From: Heptranchias perlo
Taxonomy: Eukaryota
Assembly (NCBI RefSeq): GCF_035084215.1
Contig: NC_090339.1
Coordinates: 11,470,001 to 11,534,000, forward strand
Direction: 5' to 3'
DNA length: 64,000 nt
Part shown: positions 1 through 12,471 of the stretch, in pieces
How positions within the stretch are numbered: position 1 is the first letter of the stretch
Layout: the number at the start of each line of letters is the position of its first letter
Notes under the pieces: generated by a model
The model's database searches: none
What the model was told of the DNA's origin: nothing
The model's input: the letters and a program-made list of their open reading frames with translations, nothing else
Translations under genes and position numbers: made by a program

Positions 1-1070
1 CTTAGACGTGAGTCGTGCTTTGATACGTGCTAGAATCTGGCATCAATGGACTCTTGTATCTGACTTTCAATTGCCAGGCAGCGGGCAAGTCTCTCTTTTT
101 TTTCTACACTTGTTTTAAATGAATGCACTTTCAGATTGTTTTGTATTGACTGTGTCCTTGATGTTCCCATAGAGTCAGCTTTTGTTAGAGGAAGCTGCCT
201 TGGCTGTGGCCTTCAATTATTTGATTGTAAATTTTGTGCCAAGGTCTCATTTGCCATGGGCTGTGGGCTGTGCTCAGGCCTCACCATAGTAAATCCTGAA
301 AGCTGAAGGCGCTTTTTTTAATATAACAAGTAATCAATGGCCCTTGATAAAGATCAAGTGGCAATTCAATCTGTTGTTGTACTCAACTGAGATCATTTGG
401 GAATTGTTACACTGATCAATATAAATGAAGTCAATCAATGTAAGATGTATCTTAATTACGATTAGTCCTAGCATAAGTCAAGGTTTGGGCATATGTGGAG
501 AGTGAGTAATATCTACTGGGAAATGAACATTACATTATGCTTTTCCATTCTGAATCTAGTGATTTTGCTTAATGATTTTGACGCTACTTTATCAGATAGT
601 TGACAGTTTTCTCTCCCCCTAAGTACACAGCCGTGTTGTTTTCCGTAAATAGATAAAATCCAATGATCTGATCAATTTCTCTGAAATATTTGCCCTCGGC
701 GTCTGCTACTGTCAAAAACCTGAAATTGACAAGACTTCCTGCTGCAACTGCAGTCTCGAAAGTACTGTCGAGTTTTTGCACATAAGTACAGACCACTTGA
801 ACGGGAAGAATACTGTGGCTGCATTTTAAGCTGGTTCGCATGTTCGGAGAAAAAGGTCGTGAGCAATAGCTAATAAGAGCAGAAAATATAACAGAGAATC
901 ATTTGATAACTTATGACTCATAGCCATAGCGCAGGCATTATGGTAGAATGGGGAATCTTATTAATGAGGATGGAGTGCATTTGGGAAAACTATTTGTTGT
1001 AACTTTTAAAAAAGTATATATAAAATAGAAATAAATTATAGTTTGTCATTTAAAGCATTAACTACCCATT

Positions 1071-1472
1071 ATTGGAAGTACTAAATTCATTAATTACCCA
1101 CTGTTGAAAATACTCAATTCATTAATTACCCACTGTTGAAAGTACTCAATTCATTAATTACCCACTATTGAAAGTACTCAATTCATTAATCACCCACTAG
1201 TAAAAGTACTCAATTCATTAATTACCCACTATTGAAAGTACTCAATTCATTAATTACCCACAATTGAACATAGTCAATTCATTAATTACCCACAATTGAA
1301 CATAGTCAATTCATTAATTACCCACTATTGAAAGGACTCAATTCATTAATTATCCACTATTGAAAGGACTCAATTCATTAATTACCCACAATTGAACATA
1401 CTCAAATCATTAATTACCAACTATTGAACGTATTCAATTCATTAATTACCCACTATTGGAAGTATTCAACTC
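1071..1472. repeat. AT-rich 32-bp minisatellite, about 12 copies (TTGAAAGTACTCAATTCATTAATTACCCACTA)
   Basis: TTGAA recurs at 1136, 1168 and onward (period 32); units differ by few substitutions. Confidence 0.95.
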
Positions 1473-1562
1473 AACCTGATTAGCCATATCAATATAAATA
1501 CGGAAAATAAATTGCGCAGAAGAGCAACTTTCAAATTATTGCAATTTAAGGCAGTGTCAGTT

Positions 1563-2875
1563 CATAGAATCTCACAGCACAGAAGGAGGTCATTCAGTCC
1601 ATTGTGCCTGTGCTGACATAAGAACATAAGAAATAGGAGCAGGAGTAGGCTATCCCGGCCCCTCGAGCCTACTCTACCATTCACAAGATCATGACTGATC
1701 TTCTACCTCAACGCATTTTCCTGCACTATTCCCATATCCCTTAATGCCTTTAATATCTAGAAATCCATCGATCTCTGTTTTGAATGTACTCAATGACTGA
1801 GCCTCCACAGCCCTCTGGGGTAGAGAATTCCAAAGATTCACCACCCTCTGAGTGAAGAAATTTCTCCTCATCTCAGTCCTAAATGGCCTACCCCTTATTC
1901 TGAGACAGTGACCCCTGGATCTAGACTTCCCCAGGGGAAACATCCTCCCTGAATCTACCTTGTCAAGCCCTGTAGGAATTTTGTTTGTTTCAATGAGATC
2001 ACCTCTCATTTTTCTAAACTCTAGGGAATACAGGCCTCGTCTACTCAATCTCTCCTCATATGACAATCCCACCATCCCAGGAATCAGTCTGGTGAACCTT
2101 TGTTGCACTCCCTCTATGGCAAGTATATCCCTTCTTAAGTAAGGAGACCAAAATTGTACATAATACTCCAGACGTGGTCTCACCAAGGCCCTGTATAATT
2201 GCAGTAAGAAGCTTTTACTCCTGTACTCAAATCCTCTTGTAATAAAGATCAACATACCATTTGCCTTCCTAATTGCTTGCTGCACCTGCATGTTAGCTTT
2301 CAATGAATCATGTACAAGAACACCCAGGTCCCTTTGAACATCAACATTTCCCAATCTCTCACCATTTAAAAAATACTCTGCATTTCTGTTTTTCCTACCA
2401 AAGTGGATAACTTCACATTTTTCCACATTATATTCCATCTGCCATGTTCTTTCCCATTCACTTAGCCTGTCTATATCCCCTTGAAGCCTCTTTGCATCCT
2501 CCTCACAACTCACATTCCCACCTGGTTTTGTGTCATCAGCAAACTTGGAAATATTACATTTGGTCCCCTCATCCAAATCATTGATACAGATTGTGAATAG
2601 CTGGGGCCCAAGCACCGATCCCTGCGATACCCCACTGGTCACAGTCTGCCAACCTGAAAAAGACCCATTTATTCCTACTCTCTGTTTTCTGTCCATTAAC
2701 CAATTCTCAATCCATGCCAGTATATTACCCCCAGTTCCATGTGCTCTAACTTTGTTCACCAACAAAGCACTCCCCCTCTCTTTCCCTATAGCCCTGCAAA
2801 TTTTTCATTTTCAAGTATATATCCAATTCCCTTTTGAAAGTTACTATTGAATCTGCTTCCATCGCCTTTTCAGGC
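1563..2875 (-). mobile_element. Older CR1 LINE 3' remnant split into 1563-1615 and 2761-2875 by a younger CR1
   Basis: CATAGAATCTCACAGCACAGAAGGAGG tail on the left continues as CCCTATAGCCCTGCAAATTTTTC...GAATCTGCTTCC after the insert; reverse complement of the 3' end of the 4145-6383 element. Confidence 0.75.
1617..2760 (-). mobile_element. 5'-truncated CR1-clade (HER1-like) LINE
   Basis: ORF 1689-2765 has RT motifs [10 protein letters not shown] and KFADDTK, plus LVRPRLEY and RRNFFTQRVVNLWNSLP; (CATAAGAA)n tail at 1617-1633. Confidence 0.95.
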
Positions 2876-2956
2876 ATGCATATCAAGGCGGGACATATAA
2901 TGAATGTTGTTGCCACTCTTTATAATTAACAACTTGTAAAATAGATGAAGATGGGT

Positions 2957-3032
2957 GATGCCATGGGTTAGTACTCTATCCTTTCACTTCAGACCATGAG
3001 TTCAAATCCAGCCCAGACTGATGGGATGAAAG
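2957..3032 (+). mobile_element. Probable tRNA-derived SINE head remnant
   Basis: A-box-like TGCCATGGGTTAG and B-box GAGTTCAAATCC at tRNA-like spacing. Confidence 0.4.
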
Positions 3033-4144
3033 CTTTCTCTCATTTTCTGTTGCCAAGATGTTCTGCTCCTCTCCCCCTTAACTCTTTTATTTGCTTCTCT
3101 CTCTGTCCTTTTCTTCTTTCCTTTTGAGTTGAGAGGAGGCATATGGTTATGGCACAGTGTGAAGGGGAGAAGAGCCAACAATGGCAGCCAACCACATTTG
3201 GGGGGGGAGGGGGCGGAGGGTTTGTGGGGAAAATGTGGCTCACAGCAGCTCTCCACTTTCCCACACATTCGTGTTTCTCCACTCCCCCATCTCTCTCTCT
3301 CCTTCTCTCTCTCTCCCTGTTATGTGTTAAAAATTAGAACCTCTGTCTCATACGTGTAACCCATTAGCATTGGTCTTTTCTAACTGTCATCAAAACTCAG
3401 ATGAGGCAATTAACTGGCTTCAAAGTTCAAGTGGTATTTTGATTGAAGATTAAAGTAATATTACTGGAAGAAAGACACATTCTTCCTTCCCCTCATCCTC
3501 TCTTTCTCTCTTTTAGTCCCTCTCTCTGACCCCAATCTCTTTCTCTCTCTCTTTCACTTTCTAAAATTTATTGAACGTACGACAAAGGTTACAACAGGAG
3601 TGAAATCAGAACAATATCATTTTTCTCTCATACACACATCTCTCTGTGGGTTTTTTAATAACACATTCAATATGAAATTTACTTCAGTTGAGCTTTTGAG
3701 ATTTCTCTGAGCCAAATCTGTTAGAAGCTAAAGAAAAAATATTACTTTTTTAGTCCCTGAATGGTCACATGTTCAGACCGCAGAATCTAAATTCAGCTCA
3801 CCATGTCACAGCTCTGGGCAAACATATCAAGTTCGAGCTTAGGCTTTTGGAAAAGGTTGAGGCCTTTAAGTAAAAACTTTAATGAAGACTCTAAAAGACA
3901 CAAAGGGCAATTCAGCAGATAAATGTAATCATGTTATTGTGAAACATGTAATTTTTAAAAAAATTTGGTTAAACCTCATTTTGGATATTAGAAATTTCAG
4001 TTATCAGGGGAAAAGGATGGCAGTTGATAAAATTTTCAGAAAGCATTTTGAGAGAATTGCAGGGACCCAGTGGTCAGTTTTCAGAGAGATACCGACCCTC
4101 CAGGAATGTCCAGTATTCTCTCGGATTGTCCAGGAGTGTCCCAG

Positions 4145-6383
4145 ATTGTTCTGGGAAATGAAGTGGGGCAAGTGGAGCATGCTTCAGTAGGAAAGCATTT
4201 GGGAAACAGTGATCACAATATCATTAGGTTTAGAATAGTTATGGAAAAGGACAAGGATCAATTAAATGTGAAAATACTCAACTGGAGGAGAGTTAATTTA
4301 AATGAGTTGAAAAGAGATCTGGCCCAGGTGGATTGGAATCAAAGATTGGCAGGTAAAACAGTAAATGAGCAATGGGAGGCCTTCAAAGAGGAGATAGTTC
4401 GGGTACAGACTAGACGCATTCCCAAGAGGGGAAATGGAAAGCCATCCAAAGCTAGAACTCCCTGGATGACTAAAGATATAGAGATTAAAATGAAACAGAA
4501 AAAGGAGGCTTGTGATAAATGTCAGGTTCCTAATTCAGTAGAGAACCAAGCAGAATATAAAAAGTACAGAGAGAACTGAAAAAGGAAACAAGAGCAGCAA
4601 AGAGAGTTTATGAGAATAGATTAGCGGCTAACATAAAAGAGAACCTAAAAGTCTTTTTTAAACATATAAATAGTAAAAGGGTAGTCAAAGGGAGGGTGGG
4701 GCCGATTAGGTGCCAAAAAGGAGATGATCTTGTGGAGGCAGAGGGCATGGCTGAGGTACTAAATGAGTACTTTGCATCTGTCTTCACTAAAGAAGAGGAT
4801 GCTGCCAAAGTCACAGTAAAGGAGGAGGAAGTAGAGAAATTGGATAGGATAAAAATAGATAAAGAGGAGGTACTTAAAAGGTTGGCAGCCCTCAAAATAA
4901 AATAGTCACCAGGTCCGGATGGGATGCATCCTAGGTTGCTGAGGGAATTAAGGGTGGAAATTGTAGGGGTTCTGGCCACATTCTTCCAATCCTCCTTGGA
5001 TATGGGAGTGGTGCTAGAGGATTGGAGGATTGCAAATGTTACACCCCTGTTCAAAAAAATGGAGAGGGATAAACCCGGCAACTACAGGCCAGTCAGCCTA
5101 ACGTCGGTGGTGGGGAAACTTTTAGAGACAATAATCCAGGATAAAATTAATTGGCACTTGGAAAAATATGGGTTAATAAATGAAAGAAAGCATGGATTTG
5201 TTAAAGGCAAATCATGTTTGACTAACTTGAATTAGATGAAGTAACGGAGAAAATTGATTAGGATAGTGCAGTTGATGTTGTGTATATGGACTTTTAAAAG
5301 GCGCTTGATAAAGTATCACATAATAGACTTGTTAGCAAAATTGAAGCCCATGGGAATAAAGGGGCAGTGGCTGCATGGATCCGAAATTAGCTGAGAGTCA
5401 GAAAGCAGAGAGTAGTGGTAAACGGTTGTTTTTCAGACTGGAGGGAAGTGCAGTGATGTCCCCCAGGGGTCGGTGTTGGGACCACTGATCTTTTTGATAT
5501 ATATTAATAATCTGGACTTGGGTATAGAGGGTATAATTTCAAAGTTTGTAGATGACACGAAACTCTGAAATGTAGTAAATAATGAGGAGGATAATAACAG
5601 ACTTCAGGAGGACATAGACAGACTTGTGAAATGGGCAGACACATGACAGATGAGATTTAACGCAGAGAAGTGTGAAGTGATTCATTTTGGTAGGAAGAAT
5701 GAGGAGAGGCAATATAAACTAAATTTTAGAGGGGGTGCAGGAAGAGAGACCTGGGGGTGCCAAGGCAGGACAAGTTGAGAAGACTGGTAAAAAGGCATAC
5801 AGGATCATTGGCTTAAAAATAGAGTACAAATGCAAGGAAGTTATGCTAAACCTTTATAAAACAGCTGGAATATTGTGTCCAATTCTGGGCACCACACTTT
5901 AGGAAGGATGTCAAGGCCTTAGAGAGGGTGCAGAGGAGATTTACTGTAATGGTACCAGGGATGAAAGACTTCAGTTATGTTAGAGCAGAGAAGGGTAAGG
6001 AAAGGTTTGATCGAAGTGTTCAAAATCCTGAGTGGTTTTGATAGAGTAAATAAGGTGAAACTGTTTTCAGAGTCGGTAACCAGAGGACACAAATTTAAGG
6101 TAATTGGCAAAAGAACCAGAGGCGAGATGTGGGAAAAAAAATTTCCGCAGCTGGTTGTTGTGATCTGGAATGCACTGCCTGAAGGGGTGGTGGAAGCAGA
6201 TTCAATAATAACTTTCAAAAGGAAACTGGATAAATACTTGAAGGGGGAAAATTTGCAGGGCTATGGGGAAAGAGCAGGGGAGTGGGGACTAATTGGATAG
6301 CTGTTTCAAAGAGCCAGCACAGGCACGATGGGCCGAATGGTCTCCTTCTGTGCAGTATCATTCTATGATTCTATGATTCTATG
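4145..6383 (+). mobile_element. Degenerate CR1 LINE (end of endonuclease to 3' tail)
   Basis: Fragmented ORFs with SDHNIIRF, LNEYFASVFT, NYRPVSLTSVVGK; stops and frameshifts; (TTCTATGA)n tail near 6361-6383. Confidence 0.93.
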
Positions 6384-6584
6384 TCCAGTCTGCCAGCGTT
6401 GAGCTCATCAACCCCAGGACGCATTCCCCTGACAAGTGTACAACACAGTGCTGACTTTGGAGGAGGAGGGAGGGGTGAAACAGAGCTGAATGGTTTCTGA
6501 GTTATGGTAAAACCTAAGACAGGGGTGTAGTGGAGGGCACACTACCATCTACTGAATACATCCATTTTTTATTTCTGAAAACAG

Positions 6585-6607
6585 GAGGGCCAAAAAGAAT
6601 AGGCTGG
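6585..6607 (+). CDS. Candidate 23-nt coding micro-exon of an unidentified gene (x-RAKKNRL)
   Basis: TTTTTTATTTCTGAAAACAG acceptor and G|GTAAGT consensus donor in unique sequence; phase-compatible with the exon at 7945. Confidence 0.5.
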
Positions 6608-6842
6608 GTAAGTAATAAATAAATGAGATCTGTCTGTCCATGGTGAAGAGACGGCCACAAGGAGAAAATCTCACTTTTAAACATCGGAGCAGCAGGTTGC
6701 CTTTACTTGAATAACGAATGCAATTTCTAATAAAAATGACTGTTCTGGAAAAGTGCACACTTTACCACAATATTTTCTTTAATTTACATATATATATGTA
6801 AATACTTCTTGTTCTGTAGTAACATATAAATCACTGATAAAT

Positions 6843-7085
6843 GAGGAAGCACTTTTCCATACAAAGGCTAGTGGAAATCTGGAACTCTCTCCCCCAAAAG
6901 GCTGTGGGTCTTGGGTCAATTGAAATTCTCAAGACTGAGATCGGTGGATTTTTGTTGGGTAAGGGTATCAAGGGATATGGAGCAAAGACAGGTAAATGGA
7001 GTTGAGGTGCAGATCAGCCATGATCTAACTGAATGACGGAACAGGCTCGATGGGCAAAATGACCTACTCCTGTTCCTAAGTTCCT
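6843..7085 (+). mobile_element. CR1 3' fragment
   Basis: GGAAATCTGGAACTCTCTCCCCCAAAAGGCTGTG...CAGATCAGCCATGATCT...CCTACTCCTGTTCCTA; same family as 33735-33954 and 38625-39088. Confidence 0.88.
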
Positions 7086-7185
7086 CCCCACATCCTGCCT
7101 CGCTGGTGCTCGAGGCTCCACAAACACAGCTGTCTCTCTTCTTTTGGCAGGCTCCCAGATATTTCCCACCTCCCAATTCAGGAAA

Positions 7186-7264
7186 CGGCTGGAATTTCCC
7201 CATCTTGCTCCGTAACTTTGCCAGAAGTGTGGTTCTGGGACCAGCCACCAGAAAATTCCAGGCC
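7186..7264. mobile_element. Minimal Harbinger-type MITE remnant
   Basis: Terminal inverted repeat CGGCTGGAATTTCC / GAAAATTCCAGGCC. Confidence 0.5.
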
Positions 7265-7944
7265 TATAATTCTAAGAATTTCAGCTGCAAGTTTATAACT
7301 GGTAAGCAAATTAATTATTCTGACTGTACAAATGTGAGAGAAAGGGCCTTTTTTCGTGCAGTCTGATCCGACTATTGATGTATGTGCCAAAAACCCTTTA
7401 CTCCAAATTGGTCACTGTGTCTAGCCTGTGAAGTAGGTTATATGCCAGGGTCCAATTCAGAGTCCGTTTTAAATGTCCACCTGGTACTGTGTACTTTCTG
7501 CTCTGCTCGCTACAAAAAATTAAAGGAAAGAAACTGATTGTGAGACAAACAAAAGTTACCTCTGTGGAGTTGCCCTGACTGGAGGGAACATTACTGATAA
7601 TGCAGCTCCTCTCAATCACCCGACAGTTTCATTTGCTGAATCTGGATTAAAGTACCAAAGCTCTGAATAAAAAGGCCCTTCCTCTCACCGTTTTACATCC
7701 TAAAACTGGTTTTTATTATAGTATATGACATTATTGCCACAACTAGTCCATGGAATAGAAAATCGTGCAGGGTGTGAGGTAGCTTGCTGATTTACTACCG
7801 CCCGAGACAATCTATTTATATATAATAGTGCGTAGTCTATTTGTCCCAAAGTACCAAATCAGAGTCATGATAAAAGGTGACGAATTCTCCAGCAACAAAT
7901 TTATGTCAGCTGCAGGAATAAGAGAAATCTTTGTTTGTTCGCAG

Positions 7945-7973
7945 TCGGAGGTGAACTGCAACCTTTGACCTGA
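7945..7973 (+). CDS. Candidate terminal coding exon ((V)GGELQPLT-stop)
   Basis: TCTTTGTTTGTTCGCAG acceptor; joins 6607 in phase 1 to give RAKKNRLVGGELQPLT*; TGA at 7971-7973. Confidence 0.45.
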
Positions 7974-9949
7974 CCATGGCCTGTATATCTACTGTTGGGC
8001 CTCCACTGCCCTACCGATTCACTGCCATCCTCTGTTTGGCTTTGTGTGGTCTTGCACAAACCGCGGCTCTGTTACCAATGCTTATTTATTAACTTACAAG
8101 GTGAACGCACATTTTTCTGTACTTCCCCCATCACTGTACCGATCAACTGCAAATCATCCCAAATTAGCTCAACCATCTCTGCAGCAGAGACATTGGCCCC
8201 AATTTTAACGGGGAGGGAGGTGGGAAGGGTGTGGGGGAACGCGGTAGCACGGGAAAAACCCGGCAGCGCCATGGATGTGGAGGCCCTGCTGATCTTAACA
8301 GCAGGGCCTCATTTAAATAACCTGCTGCAGACACCAGCCCAACAACCAGCCAGATTGAAAGCCTGGTCTGTGGGTGAGGGAGGCAGAAAAGTGGCAGGAG
8401 TTAGTGGTGGGGGTGGGGGAGAGGGAGGGAGGAGAGTGAGGGAGCGGGGAGCAAGAGGGAGGTGGAGAGGGAGGGGGATGAGGAGGGAGAGGGGGAGTGG
8501 AGGAGGGAGGGGGGAGTGGAGCAGGGGAGGGGGTATAGGGAGGCAGGGAGGCAGTGACAGCTCCCCCATCAGGTAAAACCTGCTGGAGCTAAATCCGAGG
8601 CCAAAAGTGGACCAGAAGGGGAGGGGAGGGGATAGCAAGGTTCAAGGGTGGTCCAAGATTTCCTTGTGAGGCCCAGAGGAGCACTCCTGCCCTTCCTGGC
8701 CCACAAGGAAACCTGAAAGATAAATTTTATACTTACTTTCTGGTCCACTTTTGGCCTAGGGTTTAGCTCCAGCAGGTTTTAACTGATGGGGGAGCTGGCA
8801 CTGCCTCCCTGCCTCCTTATACCCCTTCCCCCCCTCCATTCCACATTTCCCCCCTCCACTCCCCCTCTCCCTCCCTATCCCCCTCCCTCTCCTCCCTCCC
8901 TCTCCCCTGCTCCCTCTCCCCTTCCTCCCCCAGAGTACTAAAGGAAGTGGCCCTGGAAATAGTGGATGCATTGGTGATCATCTTCCAAAATTCTATAGAC
9001 TCTGGAACAGTTCCTGCAGATTGGAGGGTGGTAAATGTAACCCCACTATTTAAAAAAGGAGGGAGAGAAAAAACAGGGAATTATAGACCAGTTAGCCTAA
9101 CATCAGTAGTGGGGAAAATGCTCGAGTCTATTATAAAAGATGTGATAACAGAACACTTGGATGGCATTCATGGGATTGGACAAAGTCAGCATGGGTTTAT
9201 GAAAGGGAAATCATGCTGAACAAATCGACTGGAGCTTTTTGAGGATGTAACTAGTAGAATAGATAGGGGAGAACCAGTGGATGTGGTGGATTTGGATTTT
9301 CAGAAGGCTTTTGATAAGGTCCCACACAAGAGGTTAGTGTGCAAAATTAAAGCACATGGGACTGGGGGGAATATACTGGCATGGATTGAGAATTGGTTGA
9401 CAGACAGGAAACAGAGAGTAGGAATAAACGGGTCTTTTTCCGGGTGGCAGGCAGTGACTAGTGGGGTACCACAGGGATCAGTGCTTGGGGCCCAGCGATT
9501 CACAATATATATCAATGATTTGGATGAGGGAATGGAATGTAACATTTCCAAGTTTGCAGACGACACAAAGCTGGGGTGGAATGTGAGCTGTGAGAGGATA
9601 CAAAGAGGCTCCAATGTGATTTAGACAAGTTGGGTGAGTGGGTAAATGTGAGGTTATCCACTTTAGTTGTAAAAACAGAAAGACAGTTTGGGCCCGATAT
9701 TACCAGGACGGCGGGTTCGCGGCGGGGGGGCAACTGGGCGCGTGGGAAACATGCCCGGTGAAATCAGTCTGCCCCGAACGCAATCGCAGGCTGATTGGAT
9801 CCACTTACCTCTTGTTCCGGGTTCCCCGCTGCTGAGCTGTGCGGTGGGCGGGCTGCGCATGCGCAGTAAGGTCTGTCAGCTGGAGGAGCTCTATTTAAAG
9901 GGGCAGTCCTCCACTGACTGATGCTGCAAGAAATAGGAAAAATTACAGC

Positions 9950-10194
9950 ATGGAGCAGTCCTGGGGGAAGGCTGCTCCCAGTTTAATGATGCCTCACTCC
10001 AGGTATCATTGGATGGGGTGAGGAGGACGGGGAGGACAGAGATCGTCCCCCCGGCAGGCGGGAGGAAGCGGCCTGCCTCTGCCACCAGGAAGGCCTGGCT
10101 TGAGGTGGCAGAGGAGGTCACCTGCACCACCAACATATCGCCCACCTGCATACAGTGCAGGAGGCGCTGCAATGACCTCAGTAGGTCAGCCAAA
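9950..10194 (+). pseudogene. Harbinger Myb/SANT-like DNA-binding protein exon 1, frameshifted
   Basis: MEQ..KAAP/FNDASLQV..DGV...TRKAWLEVAEEV...QCRRRCNDLSRSAK followed by a GTGAGT donor; 1-nt deletion near 9980. Confidence 0.8.
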
Positions 10195-10720
10195 GTGAGT
10201 ACACTTACTCATTCTCCTATACTCTGTCTGCCACATCACCACCCCCACCCCACAACTCCTTCTGCACTGCCAACACTACTCTGTCACATCACTCCTCACA
10301 CCCACTCAAACCTCATCCTCATCTTACCTGCACTTACTCACCTCGCCAGTACTCATCCCGCCACTACCACTCAACCCAATCCTCATACAATCTCATGGCT
10401 CTATCTCATACTCACCCTCTCATGCATCTCTTTCATGGTCAGCCTCACTCAACCTGCCACTACCTGTGCTGCAGCCACAGGGCATGCATCACATATGTGC
10501 AGTAGGAAGCGTAAGGCAAACGTGTCGTGAGCATGAAGGGGATGCACAAGGGTGTTTGAGGGTTTGTCATGGTTTTTACTTATATTTAATTTCTGATCAA
10601 CTCACATTACATATATTGGCACCACTACTGCCATAACTTTGCGAATCTTGTCTGGTTTGTGCAATAATTCCCTTTCCTGAGGATCACAATGAAGACCCAC
10701 ACCTGATGCCACCCGTTGTG

Positions 10721-11023
10721 TCACTGCAGACTGGGTGTAGGTGTATTTTCAGGGCTCTTTTGTGCAGACGACTGAGAGACGTCAGCGATGTCCCCGGTGG
10801 CACCCTGGAAGGATGTGGAGGAGAAGTTGTTGAGGGCAGTGACAGGTAAGAAGATGGTGCTCGGGCCAGCCGGGAGCAGTTCGGCATGAAGGAGGCTGCA
10901 GAAGTCCACGACGACATGTCGAGTGACTCTGAGCCTCCGTGTGCACTGCTGCTCAGAGAGGTCCAGGAAGCTGAGCCTCGGTCTGTAGACCCTGTGGCGA
11001 GGGTAGTGCCCTCTGCAACACAT
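10721..11023 (-). pseudogene. N-terminal HTH portion of a HARBI1-like DDE transposase
   Basis: RVYRPRLSFLDLSEQQCTRRLRV...LPV..ALN.FS..SFQGATGDIADVSQSSAQK matches Harbinger transposase N-termini; catalytic core absent. Confidence 0.8.
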
Positions 11024-12471
11024 CTCTCTCTGCGGTTACCCTCCCTCCTGCTGTACAGGTGGATGTGTCACAGCACTGTGTTGTGAAGCTCCACGTGTCA
11101 GAGGTGGACGGCGAGGCTGGTGATGCTGTTCGCCCTCCGAGGAGGTCATGACTGCAGCTACGGCGCCCCCCATCCAGAAGATGTACATCTGAGGGGGTCC
11201 GCAAGGTAGGTACATGTGTCTGGACACCAGGGTAAGTGTGCAAGCTGGTGAATTTTGTTGTTAGGAGGAGGGTGGTGGAGGCCAAACTTTGCCCAAAGTG
11301 ACAGAGTGGCCTCCTGCAATGAGTGAGGGTCTCCCCCCCATACCTGTCAAATGGACCTTTGCAGCTGCCACAGGCTGATGGCTGCAACACGTCCATTTCA
11401 ACTGGGAGTGTTTCCCCCAGTACGGGAAACAGTCCCAGTTATTTGCAAAATCCCACCCCTCCTAAAATATCTCGTTAATCAGGTCTGTAAACGACCTGAA
11501 ATACCAAAATAAATACTTTAAGTGGCACCCCGCCGGCTTTAATTGCCTGCGGGAGTCCCACATGTGGGGGCTGCGCCGCATGTCAGCGCGTCAGTGGGGA
11601 ACCCAGAAGTGGGCGGGTTGGAGCCGGGCTCCTGACCCGCCCCGGGAATCCCCGATTTTCGGAGCCCCCCCGCCAGGAACTCACCCGATCGCTGGTGCGA
11701 AAATTAACCTCATTATTATCTGAATGGTGATAGATTGGAAAAAGGGGAGGTGCAATGAGACCTGGGTGTCCTTGTACACCAGTCACTGAAAGCGAGCATT
11801 CAGGTGCACAAGCAGTTAGGAAGGCAAATGGTGTGTTGGCCTTCATTGCAAGAGGATTTGAGTACAGGAGCAGGGATGTCTTACTGCAGTTATCCAGGGC
11901 CTTGGTGAGACCACATCTGGAGTATTGCGTGCAATTTTGGTCTCATTATCTGAGGAAGGATGTCCTTGCCATGGAGAGAGTGCAACGAAGGTTTACCAGA
12001 CTGATTCCTGGGATGGCAGGACTGACGTATGAGGAGAGATTGGGTCGACTAGGCCTATATTCACTAGAGTTTAGAAGAATGAGAGGTGATCTCATCGAAA
12101 CATATAAAATTCTAACAGGACTAGACAGACTGATGCAGGGAGGATGTTCCCGATAGCTGTGGAGTCCAGAACCAGGGGTCACAGTCTCAGGATACGGGGT
12201 GTGCCATTTAGAACTGAGATGAGGAGAAATTTCTTCACTCAGAGGGTGGTGAACCTGTGGAATTCTCTACCACAGGAGGCAGTGGAGGCCAAGTCATTAG
12301 ATGTATTCAAGAAGGAGATGGATATATTCTTAATGCTAAAGGCATCAAGGGATATGGGGAAAAAGCGGAACAGGGTACTGAGTTAGACAAGCAGCCATGA
12401 TCATTTTGAATGGCGGAACAGCCGAAGGGCCGAATGGCCTACTTTTGCTCCTATTTTCTATGTCTCTATGT

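Larger units (their letters stand above)
9690..11711. mobile_element. Internally deleted Harbinger transposon (convergent Myb-like and transposase remnants)
   Basis: Interrupts CR1 sequence ACAG|ATTATTATCTGAATGG with TTT/ATT as imperfect TSD; begins GGGCCCGATATTA; second copy at 50315-51410. Confidence 0.85.
8931..12470 (+). mobile_element. CR1 (HER1-like) LINE split at 9689/11712 by a Harbinger
   Basis: ORFs 8947-9219, 9277-9624, 11755-12156 and 12144-12386 are collinear CR1 ORF2 pieces; tail TTCTATGTCTCTATG. Confidence 0.93.

Noticed and set aside
584-866. Short ORFs, including ENNTAVYLG loosely recalling SH3BGRL
   Set aside because: Similarity is limited to a few residues, with no supporting exon structure or flanking thioredoxin-like sequence
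1071-1472. CRISPR-like appearance of 32-bp repeats
   Set aside because: Units are directly adjacent with no unique spacers, there are no cas genes, and the context is vertebrate
9950-11023. Possible domesticated host genes NAIF1/MSANTD or HARBI1
   Set aside because: Frameshifted, truncated, inserted within a CR1 and present twice in the window, so these are transposon remnants
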